A DNA stretch of 64,000 nucleotides from Sphingobacteriales bacterium (GTDB taxonomy: Bacteria; Bacteroidota; Bacteroidia; Chitinophagales; Chitinophagaceae). The notes below the pieces were generated by a model, which was not told the origin of the DNA, did not search any database, and was given only the letters and a program-made list of their open reading frames with translations. Below are positions 38,474 through 50,400 of this stretch, piece after piece. How positions within the stretch are numbered: the first letter of the stretch is position 1; the number at the start of each line of letters is the position of its first letter. The stretch is from NCBI GenBank assembly GCA_037443285.1, contig JBBIOQ010000004.1, positions 23,681 through 87,680 of the forward strand. Direction: 5' to 3'. The position numbers and the translations under genes were made by a program.

Positions 38474-39208
38474 CTATAGTACTTCGTGCAGAATAGAAAG
38501 GGTTTTTAGCTGGCCAAACTCACTCACATGGAAATGGAAAAAGTGGGTGAAGGCCTGCAACAATTCTCGCCGCTGTTGCTGGTTAAGTTTGATGCGATAA
38601 AGCGTGATTGCATTTTCCTGTTGTAATAATTCATGGGCCACTGCACTCAATTTTTCGTCGAGAAATAAACCATGTGCAGGTGGTTCGTTGGCAAAGCTGC
38701 CTTCCTGCAAATCAAGTATACTGTGCGTTTCGTTGAAATTATCTTCAATGCGAAAGCCTAGTTGGGCTGCAAGTTTCAGCGTAAAGTACAAGGGCAGGTT
38801 GGCTGCCACTTTCGGATCGCATTCGTCAAGCAGGGTAAGGATTTCGGTGATAAAGGCGAATAATTCCTCGTTTGTTTCGGGTTGTTTCAGGCATTTGCCC
38901 AGCAGTTCAATCATATATAGGGCAATAGCGTTTTTCGAAACACTCATCATCAATTGCCGGTATACCTGTGCCCACCTTATTTCCCTGATTATTTGCAGTT
39001 GTTTCAGCTCATTGTGATACACCACAAGATCGAGAATGGCGGCAGGCTGCAAAAAAGCCGCCATGTTGCTACCCTTCTTGCTGGTTTTGCGGGCACCTTT
39101 CACCATATATTGTTGAATGCCGTAGGCCTGTGTAAAAGCCGAAACAATAAGGCTGGTGTCACCGTATGGAACGGTTCGCAAAACAATGGCCTTGGTGGAG
39201 CGGAGCAT
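38474..39208 (-). CDS. recO: DNA repair protein RecO
   Basis: 244 aa. The N-terminal OB-fold pattern MLRSTKAIVLRTVPYGDTSLIV is typical of RecO. Confidence 0.86.
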   Translation of the reverse strand: MLRSTKAIVLRTVPYGDTSLIVSAFTQAYGIQQYMVKGARKTSKKGSNMAAFLQPAAILDLVVYHNELKQLQIIREIRWAQVYRQLMMSVSKNAIALYMIELLGKCLKQPETNEELFAFITEILTLLDECDPKVAANLPLYFTLKLAAQLGFRIEDNFNETHSILDLQEGSFANEPPAHGLFLDEKLSAVAHELLQQENAITLYRIKLNQQQRRELLQAFTHFFHFHVSEFGQLKTLSILHEVL

Positions 39209-39352
39209 AATTTTTCAGGAATCTGTTTGCGAATGTAAGCGACACTGCATGCTGTTAAGGGCCGATTGGCTATCATTTAGTTTCTTTGCGGCCATCGCTT
39301 CCACTCACACTGTTCTTTATTATTCATTTTCTCATTTCCATCCCCTTGCATC

Positions 39353-41719
39353 ATGTGGTATAGACTTGGAAAGTTTGTTCTTCAATACCGTGTTGTTCTT
39401 CTTGTTGTTTTGTTTACTGCGACTGCTTTTATGGGCTGGCATGCCAGCAAAGTGCAGTTGAGCTATGAATTTTCAAAGGCCATTCCAACCGATAATCCCC
39501 GCTACCAGGAATACCTGCAGTTCAAGCAGAAGTTTGGTGAAGACGGCAGTGTGCTGGTAATTGGCGTTGCTGATAATGAGTTTTTCAGTCTCAATCATTT
39601 TGATGCCTACCGCAAAATGATTGCTGAAATAAAAAAGGTGAAGGGCGTTGAAGGGTTGATTTCCGTTCCCAATGCTATCAACCTAACGAAGAACGATTCC
39701 TCGGAAGCCCTGGTGTCAAAGCCTTTGTTTCCAGCAACAATGGAGTCACAGTCTGATCTTGATAGTGCAAGGCTTGTATTTGAAAACCTGTTGTTCTACC
39801 GTGGTTTGATGCACAACCCAACGAAAAATGCTTATGTGGCCGGTGCATCGATCAACAAGGAAATCCTCGCCAGTAAAGACCGCTCAAGGGTGGTGAATGA
39901 AATAATAGCTGCTACCAATCAATACAAAAAGGAAACAGGAGTGGATGTGCACCTGAGCGGCCTTCCGCTGATACGTACCCAGATTGCGGACCGCATCAAG
40001 AATGAAATGAACTATTTCCTGTTGGGGTCGTTGGCGCTGGCTGCATTTACGCTCATTTTGTTTTTCAGGTCGGCTAGCGCAACGCTTATTTCTCTCATAG
40101 TGGTTATCATCGGTGTGGTTTGGGCAATGGGCACCATGCACCTGTTTGGATATCGCATCACCCTGCTGAATGCATTGATTCCGCCGCTCATCATTGTGAT
40201 TGGCATTCCCAACTGTATCTATTTCCTGAACAAGTACCACATGAGTTGGGAAGACCAGGTAGCTGCCGACGAGGGCAATCCCGACAAGGCCCGGTTGGAG
40301 GAAATGAAAAAGGCCGCCCTGCTGAACATGGTGAACAAAATGGGCGTGGTTACACTTTTCTGCAACATTGCAGCAGCAGTTGGATTTGCAGTTTTTGCCT
40401 TTACGGAAAGTGCCTTGCTCCAAGAGTTTGGTACCGTGGCCGGCATCAACATCATGGTCATTTTCTTCATTTCGCTCATTTTCATTCCCGGTACACTCAG
40501 CTACCTGCCTCCGCCAAAAGAACGCCACACCCGCTACCTGCGCAACCAATTGCTCGAAAACCTGCTGGTAAGAATTGAATATTGGGTGCTGCAGCGCAGG
40601 GGAATAGTATATGCAATTACCGGGGCCATGGTGGTGATGGCACTGTTGGGTATGATGCGACTTAAGAATGTCGGGTTCATTGTAGATGACCTCCCCAAGG
40701 ACGACAAAATATATACCGACCTCAAATGGTTTGAGCACAATTTTGGTGGGGTGATGCCACTGGAAATTGTGGTGGATGCAAAGAAAAAAGGAGCTATCAC
40801 TCGCAGCCTGCGCACATTTGAAAAAATGGATCAGTTTGCGCAATACCTGGCGGGCCACCCGGAGTGCGCCAAACCACTTAGCCTGGTAGAAGGTTTGAAA
40901 TTTGCCAAGCAGGCTTATTACGATGGCGACAGTCTGAGCTATATGGTGCCCAATGAATTTGACATGGCATTCCTGGCGCCTTACCTCAAGGGCAAAGGCG
41001 GCACCGACAGCAGCAGCCAGCTGTCTAAATTGGTAAAAACTTTTGTAGACAGTAATAAACAAGAAGCAAGGATAAGCGTGAACATGGCCGATGTAGGAAC
41101 TGTGCGTATGGCAGGCTTATTGGACACGTTCAAACAAGAGGCGGCCAAAAAGTTTGACACGGCATCTTATAAGGTGCAGTTCACTGGCAGTTCGGTTACC
41201 TTTTTGGAAGGCAGCCGCTTCATCATCAACGGGCTAAAGGACAGCATCTTTTGGGCATTTGTACTTATCGCCATTGCCATGCTTTACCTGTTCAGATCGT
41301 GGCGTATTTTGTTGTGTTCCCTCATTCCCAATATTATCCCATTGCTCGTTACAGCCGGCATCATGGGCTGGACGGGCGTAGCACTGAAACCCTCGACTGT
41401 ATTGGTTTTCAGCGTGGCACTTGGCATTGCTATTGATGTAACTATCCGGTTCCTTGTCAATTACAAACAGGAATTGCCAACGCATCACAATAATATTCTG
41501 GCCACCACTACATCCACCATCCGCCACACCGGCATTAGCATAATTTATACTTCCATGGTGCTGGTTGCGGGCTTTGTCATTTTTATGTTCAGTGGTTTTG
41601 GTGGCACTTTTGCCCTTGGATGGCTTACATCTTTTACACTACTGATTGCCACTTTTACCAACCTTGTTTTCTTGCCGGTAATTATGCTTGCCTTGTTGAA
41701 AAAAAATAAAACGGCGTAA
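39353..41719 (+). CDS. MMPL/RND-superfamily exporter
   Basis: 788 aa. Two repeats, each with one TM, a large loop and five TM helices (12 TM in total). There is no adjacent MFP or OMF gene. Confidence 0.83.
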   Translation: MWYRLGKFVLQYRVVLLVVLFTATAFMGWHASKVQLSYEFSKAIPTDNPRYQEYLQFKQKFGEDGSVLVIGVADNEFFSLNHFDAYRKMIAEIKKVKGVEGLISVPNAINLTKNDSSEALVSKPLFPATMESQSDLDSARLVFENLLFYRGLMHNPTKNAYVAGASINKEILASKDRSRVVNEIIAATNQYKKETGVDVHLSGLPLIRTQIADRIKNEMNYFLLGSLALAAFTLILFFRSASATLISLIVVIIGVVWAMGTMHLFGYRITLLNALIPPLIIVIGIPNCIYFLNKYHMSWEDQVAADEGNPDKARLEEMKKAALLNMVNKMGVVTLFCNIAAAVGFAVFAFTESALLQEFGTVAGINIMVIFFISLIFIPGTLSYLPPPKERHTRYLRNQLLENLLVRIEYWVLQRRGIVYAITGAMVVMALLGMMRLKNVGFIVDDLPKDDKIYTDLKWFEHNFGGVMPLEIVVDAKKKGAITRSLRTFEKMDQFAQYLAGHPECAKPLSLVEGLKFAKQAYYDGDSLSYMVPNEFDMAFLAPYLKGKGGTDSSSQLSKLVKTFVDSNKQEARISVNMADVGTVRMAGLLDTFKQEAAKKFDTASYKVQFTGSSVTFLEGSRFIINGLKDSIFWAFVLIAIAMLYLFRSWRILLCSLIPNIIPLLVTAGIMGWTGVALKPSTVLVFSVALGIAIDVTIRFLVNYKQELPTHHNNILATTTSTIRHTGISIIYTSMVLVAGFVIFMFSGFGGTFALGWLTSFTLLIATFTNLVFLPVIMLALLKKNKTA

Positions 41720-42002
41720 CATTGGCAGGAAGTATCTTCATCCTGTTGTATTGAAAACCAAAACGTTCTAACAGCTCCTTATTTTCGGTATAGAAGCATT
41801 TCATTCGTCACTTTTTCTTTTTTTTCTGCAAGAAGTAAGATGAAAAAAAGTACGCGAAAAAAGCAGCGCAGAAACTGGAGTGGGTCTCATATAACTAGTT
41901 GTAAACTGTATGCCTTTGTGATTTCGTTTAGAAAAAATGAACAAGCAAAGGATTTTATATGTTAGGGCTTCTAATCGTTCATTAATAACCAATTCATTAG
42001 CT

Positions 42003-45000
42003 ATGAGAAAAACAACCCTGTTGGTGTTGTGTCTGCTTTTTGCCATGGGGCAATTGATAGCACAATCCAAAACGCTTAGCGGTAAGGTAACCGATGAGAA
42101 CGGAGCCTCGCTTGAGGGAGTGACGGTTGCAGCAAAAGGAACCAAAACTGCAGTAACAACTCTTGCGGATGGTAGCTTTACCTTGACTGTTCCTGCCAGT
42201 ATTAAAGTGTTGGTGTTTTCTTTTGTGGGAAGGGAAACCAAGGAAATTGCCATTGGAAACAACACCAACTTCAATGTTACCTTAAAGGCCGTCGGCACCG
42301 AACCACTGGATGAAGTAGTGGTGGTTGGATACCAAACCCGCCGCAAACGCGATGAAGCAGGCGCCATTTCTACCGTGCGGGGTGCACAACTTGAAAATAT
42401 ACCCAACGCCAGTTTGGATAAGGCAATGCAGGGTAAGGCTGCCGGTGTATTGGTTCAGAGCAACAACGGTATACCGGGTGGTGCCATTAACGTACGTATT
42501 CGTGGTGAGGGTTCGATACTGGCCGGTAACGACCCGCTGTACATTGTAGACGGTGTTCCGCTTAACATTCGAAACGATGCGGCTTTTACCCAATCAAACC
42601 CGCTTGCGTTTCTCAACCCTGATGATATTGAATCTATCGACATATTAAAAGATGCCGCCAGTGCATCTATTTACGGTGTGGGCGCCGCCAACGGTGTGGT
42701 AATTGTTACCACCAAAAAAGGCAAGTCGGGCAAAACCAAGTTTACCGCCAGCGCTTACTGGGGGCAGGTAGCACCACTCAAAACACTGAACATGGTGAAC
42801 AGCCAGGAACTGTTCCGCCTGCGTACAGAAGCTGTGGGCAATGCCAACAATCTGCCCTACAACGCACTTGCCGTAAAGCAAAGTGTATTGGGCGAATACC
42901 GCGTAGCTGGTGCCTCAACGATGACAGATGCCCGGGCCGACTCTGCTGCGGCAGCATTGCCTACCTACGATTGGCAGGACTATGCTTTTAAAAATGGTTC
43001 AGCCAAAAGCTATGAAATCAGTGCCAGTGGCGGCAACGACCGTACCACATTCCGCCTTGGTCTCAGCCACCAGGCCCAGGAAACATTTGTTACCAAGGCC
43101 GACTTCAGCCGCGAAGCCATGAAGTTTGACCTGACAAACAAGGCAACCAGTCGGCTGACTTTTACCACCGGTATTAACCTGAGTACTTTTTATCAGAACA
43201 ATCCATTTGCTGTGAGCGGTTCCTTCCTGGGAAGCCCTGCTTTCTCTGCATCTGCTATTTTGCCCATTAACCCGGTGTATAATACTGATGGCACTTTCTA
43301 CGGTGTGCCTGGGCAAACTCCTTACTCCAGTATTGCCGGCATCTTGAACCAAAACATTATTGCTGTTAATACCTGGAACGAAGGTTACCAGCGTACCAAC
43401 CAGTTGATAGGCAACCTTCGCCTCGATTACAAACTGGCTCCATGGCTTACCTGGAGTTTGTTTGGTGGCCTGGATTACAGGTTGGTTCAGGGCAAAAACG
43501 TGCGTGATGCCCGCACGCCCGATGCCTACAACAGAAAGGGACTAGTTACCGTGCAGAGTAACTGGAATACCAATATCAACACCTATACTACCCTTAATGC
43601 AAACAAAACATTTGCAGAAAAGCATACCATTGATGGTTTGGTGGGTGCTGAATACCGGAGTGAAGACAACCACAGCATTACCGAATCGGGCGATGGATTT
43701 CCCATCTATGTGCTGAAGAACCTGGATAATGCTGCCAACCCGGTGACCATTGGTGAATTTGGAACCGGCTACCGCCGTAATTCCGTATTTGGCAATGCTA
43801 ACTATAGTTACAATAAAAAGTACCTGGTAGGTGCTACGCTGCGCTACGATGGCTCATCCAGGTTTGGTTCAAACCACCAATATGGATTCTTTTACGGACT
43901 GAAGGCATCATGGAATGTTGACCGGGAAAATTTCCTTAAAAATTCAAAAGCTATCAGCCAATTGCGAGTTCGCGCCGGCTATGGAACTACAGGTAACGAC
44001 CAAATTGGCAATTTCGATGGTCGTGGGCTTTATGGCTCAGGTGGTGTTTACAACAATGCCGGAGCTCTCGCCTATACACAGTTGGCAAATCCCAACCTGA
44101 AATGGGAAACCAACACAACCACCAACCTGGGTGTTGATTTTGGCTTGTTCAAAAACAGGATAACCGGTGTAGTGGAAGTGTATAACAAAATCACCAGCGA
44201 CCTGCTGCTGCCTCAGCCACTGCAGTCAACCACCGGTTTCACACAGTTTGTTTCCAATGTAGGCAAACTCCAAAACAAGGGTGTTGAACTTACATTGGGC
44301 GCCGATATCCTGAAAGCGCAAAAACAGGGCGATTTTAACTGGAACATGAATTTCATATTTGGTTACAACAAGCAGGCAATTAAAGAACTGTATGGCGGTT
44401 ACAAAGTGCTGCCCAGTGACCCAACAATTGCTGTTGGTCAGCCTGTAAACTTCCTGTTCACCCAGAAATATGCAGGTGTGAACGCTGCAACAGGTCGGCC
44501 CATGTGGTATGATACCCTAGGCAACCTGACGTACCAGGTGCAAAACCGCGACCGTGTAAACCTGGGCCAAACCCGCCTGCCCAAGTTCCAGGGCGGTTTC
44601 AGAAATACATTTACCTACAAAGGATTCAGTTTCGACATGTTCTACCAGTATGAATATGGTCGCATGGCGCAGGATGGACAGGTAAACTTCCTGATGGAAA
44701 ATATAACCCGGCTTGGCACTTTGCAGGATTACTATGACCACAGGTGGACTACCCCGGGCCAGATTACTTATTTCCCCCGCCAGAACTCTGGGGGTGCTGA
44801 AAACAAAGGTTCAGGCGCCGGTTCAGGCAGCCGCACCTGGTTCAAGGCCGATTATATTCGCCTGAAAACTTTGACTTTCTCCTACGATTTCGATAGTGAA
44901 TTCCTGCAGAAAGCAAAACTTTCAGCACTGCGTTTCTACATGCAGGCAACAAACCTGTGGACATACAGCGATTGGTATAGCTACGATGTGGAGTTTGCCG

Positions 45001-45083
45001 GTACAGCCACCAGCACTGTATCATCAACAGGCATCATTCCGCAGTCTAAGAACTTCACCGTTGGTATCCAGGTATCTTTCTAA
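42003..45083 (+). CDS. SusC/RagA family TonB-linked outer membrane protein
   Basis: Signal peptide MRKTTLLVLCLLFAMGQLIAQ, CarbopepD_reg-like domain, LDEVVVVGYQTRRKRDEAGAIS plug motif, and an aromatic C-terminus ...GIQVSF. About 1026 aa from the ATG at 42003. Confidence 0.93.
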   Translation: MRKTTLLVLCLLFAMGQLIAQSKTLSGKVTDENGASLEGVTVAAKGTKTAVTTLADGSFTLTVPASIKVLVFSFVGRETKEIAIGNNTNFNVTLKAVGTEPLDEVVVVGYQTRRKRDEAGAISTVRGAQLENIPNASLDKAMQGKAAGVLVQSNNGIPGGAINVRIRGEGSILAGNDPLYIVDGVPLNIRNDAAFTQSNPLAFLNPDDIESIDILKDAASASIYGVGAANGVVIVTTKKGKSGKTKFTASAYWGQVAPLKTLNMVNSQELFRLRTEAVGNANNLPYNALAVKQSVLGEYRVAGASTMTDARADSAAAALPTYDWQDYAFKNGSAKSYEISASGGNDRTTFRLGLSHQAQETFVTKADFSREAMKFDLTNKATSRLTFTTGINLSTFYQNNPFAVSGSFLGSPAFSASAILPINPVYNTDGTFYGVPGQTPYSSIAGILNQNIIAVNTWNEGYQRTNQLIGNLRLDYKLAPWLTWSLFGGLDYRLVQGKNVRDARTPDAYNRKGLVTVQSNWNTNINTYTTLNANKTFAEKHTIDGLVGAEYRSEDNHSITESGDGFPIYVLKNLDNAANPVTIGEFGTGYRRNSVFGNANYSYNKKYLVGATLRYDGSSRFGSNHQYGFFYGLKASWNVDRENFLKNSKAISQLRVRAGYGTTGNDQIGNFDGRGLYGSGGVYNNAGALAYTQLANPNLKWETNTTTNLGVDFGLFKNRITGVVEVYNKITSDLLLPQPLQSTTGFTQFVSNVGKLQNKGVELTLGADILKAQKQGDFNWNMNFIFGYNKQAIKELYGGYKVLPSDPTIAVGQPVNFLFTQKYAGVNAATGRPMWYDTLGNLTYQVQNRDRVNLGQTRLPKFQGGFRNTFTYKGFSFDMFYQYEYGRMAQDGQVNFLMENITRLGTLQDYYDHRWTTPGQITYFPRQNSGGAENKGSGAGSGSRTWFKADYIRLKTLTFSYDFDSEFLQKAKLSALRFYMQATNLWTYSDWYSYDVEFAGTATSTVSSTGIIPQSKNFTVGIQVSF

Positions 45084-45108
45084 TCCGCAAATGAAAATCT
45101 AGAGAAAA

Positions 45109-46668
45109 ATGAAAACTTTAAATAACAAAACAGTCATTCTTCTGCTGGCTTCAGCGCTGATTTTTGCGGGCTGCACCAAGCAACTGGAGATTGACCCACA
45201 GCAATCCATCGATGCGGCCCAGGCATTGACAACCGCCGATGGGGTGAACGCTTCCATTACAGGTATTTATGCCAAGCTCAAATCGGCACGTTGGTATGGC
45301 CGCGACATGATAACGCACCCTGAGGCTTTGGCTGACAATGGATATGCTACCAACGCTTCAGGCCGCCTGTTACCCGAGTCAAACAACACTTCGGGCGCTC
45401 ATTTCACAACTACCATTTGGACAACAGGGTATGCCGGCATTAACCAAATCAATCTTGCCATAGACGCTGTAACTGCAGGTATACCGGGAGCTTCCGCAGG
45501 CACCAAGAACAACTGGCTGGGCCAACTTTACTTCCTTCGGGGCCTTTATTATTTCGACATGGTTCGGGTGTACTCCTACATACCGGGTGCAGTAGTTGCG
45601 GCACAGGACAGGGGTGGTGTACCCCTGGTATTGAAAGGCTTCAACAGTGTTGATTCAGCCCTGGTTTTCAGGCCTTCACGTACACCTGTGAACGATGTGT
45701 ACGACCAAATTGTGAAAGACCTCACTGCTGCGAACACAAATCTTACCTGGTCAACCTCCCTGGTTAACCTGGCCAATAAGGCTGCCACCCAGGGCCTGCT
45801 GGCAAGAGTAAACCTTTACCGGAAAAACTTTGGCGAAGCCAAACGCTGGGCAGACTCAGCTATTGCGCTGGTAGGTAGCCGCCTTACCACATCGTCCACT
45901 TTTGTCTCTAACTGGCGGGCAGCTACGCACCAGGAAACTATTTTCCAGATTGCCTACCTGACCAGTGCTGAAAACATTGGTGTGAATGAATCGCTCCAGA
46001 CTTCATTTACATCCCTGGTAACACCTGGCAACCCGACCGTAACAGGCGGATTTGGTGACCTGGTTCCAAGTATTACTTTGCTCAACGACCTGGGAATTAC
46101 CTTGGTTGGAGGCAACACAAGTGCCAACTACCTTGGCGTCAATGCAGTTGTTGCCAGCCGCAGCGATGATGTACGCAACCTGTTGTTTGAGCCAGGCTCT
46201 TCCGGCAGGACTGGAAAAAGAAAAATAGAGTGTACCAAGTTTCTTGGAAAAAATGGGTTCATCAACCTGGATAACGTACCTGTGATGCGGGTGGCCGAAT
46301 TGTACCTAATCCGTGCAGAATGCGCTGCTACACAAGGTTCATCCGTATTCAGCGAAGCGAATGCCATTGCAGACCTCAAGAAAATCAAATCAAACCGTAT
46401 ACTCAATTACACCGGCTCTGATATTGAAACGGCTGACAATGCTTTAACCGGGTCGGCTTTGTACGAAGAAATCCTCAAGCAACGCCGCATTGAATTTGCG
46501 TTTGAAGGATTCCGCTTCTTCGATTTTAAACGTTTGGGCCGCGACATTGTGAAATCGGCACCCAATGCCAACCCGCCTGTTGCGTTTACGGACTTCCGTA
46601 TTTTGCCAGCCATTTACCAGCCCGATGTGGACGGTAATCCTAACATCAAACAAAATTTTGGCTACTAA
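45109..46668 (+). CDS. SusD/RagB family nutrient-binding lipoprotein
   Basis: 519 aa. Lipobox LIFAGC, immediately downstream of SusC, with a TPR-like helical composition and the RRIEFAFEGFRFFDFKR block. Confidence 0.9.
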   Translation: MKTLNNKTVILLLASALIFAGCTKQLEIDPQQSIDAAQALTTADGVNASITGIYAKLKSARWYGRDMITHPEALADNGYATNASGRLLPESNNTSGAHFTTTIWTTGYAGINQINLAIDAVTAGIPGASAGTKNNWLGQLYFLRGLYYFDMVRVYSYIPGAVVAAQDRGGVPLVLKGFNSVDSALVFRPSRTPVNDVYDQIVKDLTAANTNLTWSTSLVNLANKAATQGLLARVNLYRKNFGEAKRWADSAIALVGSRLTTSSTFVSNWRAATHQETIFQIAYLTSAENIGVNESLQTSFTSLVTPGNPTVTGGFGDLVPSITLLNDLGITLVGGNTSANYLGVNAVVASRSDDVRNLLFEPGSSGRTGKRKIECTKFLGKNGFINLDNVPVMRVAELYLIRAECAATQGSSVFSEANAIADLKKIKSNRILNYTGSDIETADNALTGSALYEEILKQRRIEFAFEGFRFFDFKRLGRDIVKSAPNANPPVAFTDFRILPAIYQPDVDGNPNIKQNFGY

Positions 46669-46682
46669 AAAAATAAGCAACC

Positions 46683-47192
46683 ATGAAGAAACTATTAATA
46701 GTAATTAGTTCCGGTTTGATGCTGATGCTTACCGGTTGCATAAAAAATGATATTGCCACTTATACCAACCAGACCATTGAATGGGATGCTGCCGCCTGGA
46801 ATGCCAATACTTCACCATTTACCTACCCCATGATGACGCGGGTTCCCATTTTCGGATTTGCTACCGGTACCAGTGCTCCCTCACTAACCCGGGCAAGCGG
46901 AACTATTCGCCTGCGCGTTAACCTGGTAGGGGCACAGGCAGCTACCGACCGGACATTTGCATACCAGTTCAGCCAGTCGGAATCAACAGCAGCTCCCGGC
47001 ACCCATTTCGAGGCTGTAAGTGGTAAAGGATCAATTGCGGCTAACAGCAGCTATGGCTATGTTGATTTGAAAATTCTGAATCCCGGACCAAGTGTGGGCA
47101 CTGCAACCATTGTGCTCCAATTGGTTAACAATGAATCATTCAAGGCATCTGTGAACTACGCAAAAATTGGTTTAAGTGTAGCGCAGAACTAA
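46683..47192 (+). CDS. PUL-associated lipoprotein of unknown function
   Basis: 169 aa. Lipobox MLMLTGC, starting 15 nt after SusD. A DUF4843-like identity is only a guess. Confidence 0.62.
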   Translation: MKKLLIVISSGLMLMLTGCIKNDIATYTNQTIEWDAAAWNANTSPFTYPMMTRVPIFGFATGTSAPSLTRASGTIRLRVNLVGAQAATDRTFAYQFSQSESTAAPGTHFEAVSGKGSIAANSSYGYVDLKILNPGPSVGTATIVLQLVNNESFKASVNYAKIGLSVAQN

Positions 47193-47210
47193 GTAAAATG
47201 GTACTCCACC

Positions 47211-47249
47211 AAAGGATACTGCCCATGCATTGCAAGGCAGTATCCTTTT
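47211..47249 (+). terminator. Rho-independent terminator closing the first SusC/D unit
   Basis: AAAGGATACTGCC-catgcattgcaa-GGCAGTATCCTTT followed by TATATT. Confidence 0.75.
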
Positions 47250-47481
47250 ATATTGGGTAAATGCAATCACCCGGTAAACAAACATGGCATAACTACTGTT
47301 AATATTTTTTTTACGATATGCAGCGACTGAATGCTGAATTATCGTCTATTTGTAACAACTGTAATTACAGCAAAACCAACTGCAAGAGAAAATAGCCCAC
47401 TCTACACCGATGATGGCTGTGTTCCGATTGCGCTGTATTGTTGCATGCGCAGGAATTCTAACACTAACTAAATTGTAAACA

Positions 47482-50400
47482 ATGAGAAAAATTGCAATTG
47501 CATGTTTATGCCTTTGCTGGGCATTAGGTGCCCTGGCTCAGGGAAAAACAGTAACCGGCAAAGTCACCGATGCTAAGGATGGCTCGCCGTTGGCAGGTGT
47601 ATCGGTAACGGTACCAGGAGGGGTCGGAGTGAAAACCGAGGGCGATGGTTCCTTTTCAATTTCAGTTCAGGCAAATGCCAAAACACTGGTATTTTCCTTC
47701 GTTGGCTTCGAAACAGCAACGTTGACTATCCCGGCTAATGGCGTACTTAATGTTAGCCTCACTTCTTCGGAAAACAAGCTTGATGAAGTAGTTGTGGTGG
47801 GTTACGGAACAGCGAAAAAGAAAGAAGTAACCGGTAGCATGGCTTCTGTAAAGGGTTCAACCCTTGCCACCAAGCCAGTACAGACATTCGACCAGGCGTT
47901 GGCAGGTCGTGCTGCAGGTGTACAAATCACCATTCCGAATGGTGTGCTCAACTCACCACCCGTATTCCGCATCAGGGGTACCAACTCTATTTCACTAAGT
48001 TCTTATCCTTTGATTGTAGTGGATGGGATTCCTTCTTACACCGGCGATTACAGCCAGACAGCTTCTGCAGGTAACGCATTGGCAAACATCAACCCCAATG
48101 ATATCGAGAGCATTGACATTGCGAAAGATGCTGCTGCTACTTCCATTTACGGAAGCCGTGCTGCCAATGGTGTTGTTTTCATCACTACCAAAAAAGGCAG
48201 GCAGGGGAAGGCAAAAGTTAGTTATGCCGGTTGGGTGAGCGTTAACAAGCCCTTCCGCAATCCTGAAGTGTTGAATGCAAATGATTACATCGCCTTCAAA
48301 ACAAGCGCTGTTGCCAACAACCCTACAGCTTCAGCCATTCAATACCTGCCTTCTTATGATGCACAGGGTAAGATGATTGATACCAAATGGGCTGACCAGG
48401 TGTACCGTGATGGTATTTCTCAAAGTCATAACGTGAACGTATCAGGTGGAAGCGATGCCACTACCTACTATTTCTCTGCAGGTTACACCGACCAGCAAGG
48501 AATTCTAAGAGGAAATAATTTCAAAAGACTCAACACCCTTTTGAATGTTGACAGCAGGATAAACAAGGTGGTAACGATTGGTGGTAAACTCTCTTTCTCC
48601 AATGAGAAAAACATTGCAGCCAATACCTCAGGCTCCTTGAATGGTTCTGCCTTCAATACCGGTGGTTTGGGTAGGTTGGCCATTGTGCTGCCTTCTATCA
48701 TTGGACCTTATAACAATGATGGCACTTACAACATCAACGGTTCTGCAATAGGAAGCTCAAACATCAAGGGCATTTCTTCCTTGTCTTATTACAACCCGGT
48801 TCCGTTGCTTGACCTGAATAATTCAAGCAGTGAGAACAACCACATTCAGAGCAATGCCTACCTGCAGATTAAGCCAGTGAATGGACTTACACTTAAGACT
48901 TCATACGGCATTGACTACCTGCTGGTTGATAACAACATTTTCTGGACACCCATCACCGGGGATGGCTACAGCTATAATGGCTATGCATGGTCTGGCTCAG
49001 ACAAATACACAACCAGCTTGTGGACGACAACCGGCCAGTACGACCGTACTATTGCCAACAAGCATAACCTCAGCCTGTTGGTAGGTAATGAGCAACAGCG
49101 TCGTACTTCACAGCGTTACGGCATACAGCGTCAGAATCTTTCTGATGCAGCCTACAACGTTATCCAGGCTGGTTATACTACCAACAACCCAGCCGACCTT
49201 TTCCTGGGAGAAAACTACCTGCTCTCCAATTTTGCCAGGTTGAGTTATAACTACGACAACAAGTATTTTATTGGAGGCAACTACCGCCGCGATGAATACT
49301 CTGCATTAGGTGAGAAGAAGGGTGATTTCTATGGCGTGTCTGCAGCATGGGATGTTTCCAAGGAAAATTTCTGGACTAAATCCGGCATCCAAAAAACAAT
49401 CAGCAGCCTCAAAGTTCGTGGTAGCTATGGCAAGGTGGGTAACATTGCCGGTATTGGCGATTTCAGCCCATACTCAACTTTCGGATCTGGTTTGTATGGT
49501 GGCCTTGCTACGCTGGCATTCAGTTCTGTGGGCAACGACAAGCTGAAATGGGAAACCAGCCTGAAGACCGACGTGGGATTGCAAATTGGATTCCTCAACG
49601 ATAAAATCACTGCCGAAGTAACCTATTACAACAACGACATCAACGGCCTTATTCTGAACGTGCCGCAATCACCTTCAACCGGTTTGCCTTCAAGCCCTCC
49701 GGCTAACGTTGGTTCGATGTACAACAAGGGCATTGAATTTACTGTAAATGCCGCTGTTATCAACAAGCGTGACTTCAGCTGGAATACCTCATTCAATATT
49801 ACTCAAAACAAGAACGAGGTAACTGCACTGGCTCCTGGTTTGCCTTATATCCTGCAGTCTACATCCGGACTTGAAAGTGTAAACAGGACTGAAGTAGGTA
49901 AATCACTGGGCTACCTTTGGGTAGTCAAAACCAATGGAGTTGATCCTGAAACAGGAAAGCGTGTTTTTGTTAACTCAAAAGGTACCAATGTTTACTACCA
50001 GTATTACGCTCCAACTGGCCAGTTCAACTATTCTACTACCCCAGATGGTACCACTAAATATGTAAGCCCAACCGGTGCCACTGCCATCAGCCAGGCTGCT
50101 GACGCGGTGATGTACGCTAACACGGTTCCAAAGATTTATGGTGGTTGGGACAACAACTTCAGGTACAAGAATTTCGACCTCAACCTGATGTTTACCTACC
50201 AAACCGGCTTCTATGTGTATTATGGTACCAATGCAGGTTTGCATGACCAACGCTGGTGGAATAACTCAACCGATGTGTTGACCAAAGCCTGGAAATCAAA
50301 AGGCGATGCCAACATGTTGTATGCAAAGCCAGTGTACAGCGACAACGTTTCGAACGGATCTTCCATGCCGCTTAACATAAACGTGTTCAAAGGTGATTTC

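Noticed and set aside
39884-41062. A 392-aa ORF antisense to the MMPL/RND exporter. Similar long antisense or alternate-frame ORFs occur at 18604-19479, 31307-32047, 41801-42406, 7201-7866, 23449-23991 and 35753-36385.
   Set aside because: Each is nested within, or antisense to, a gene with strong family motifs. Their translations are His/Cys/Gln-rich low-complexity strings with no recognisable domains. They are most simply artefacts of codon-biased sense frames.
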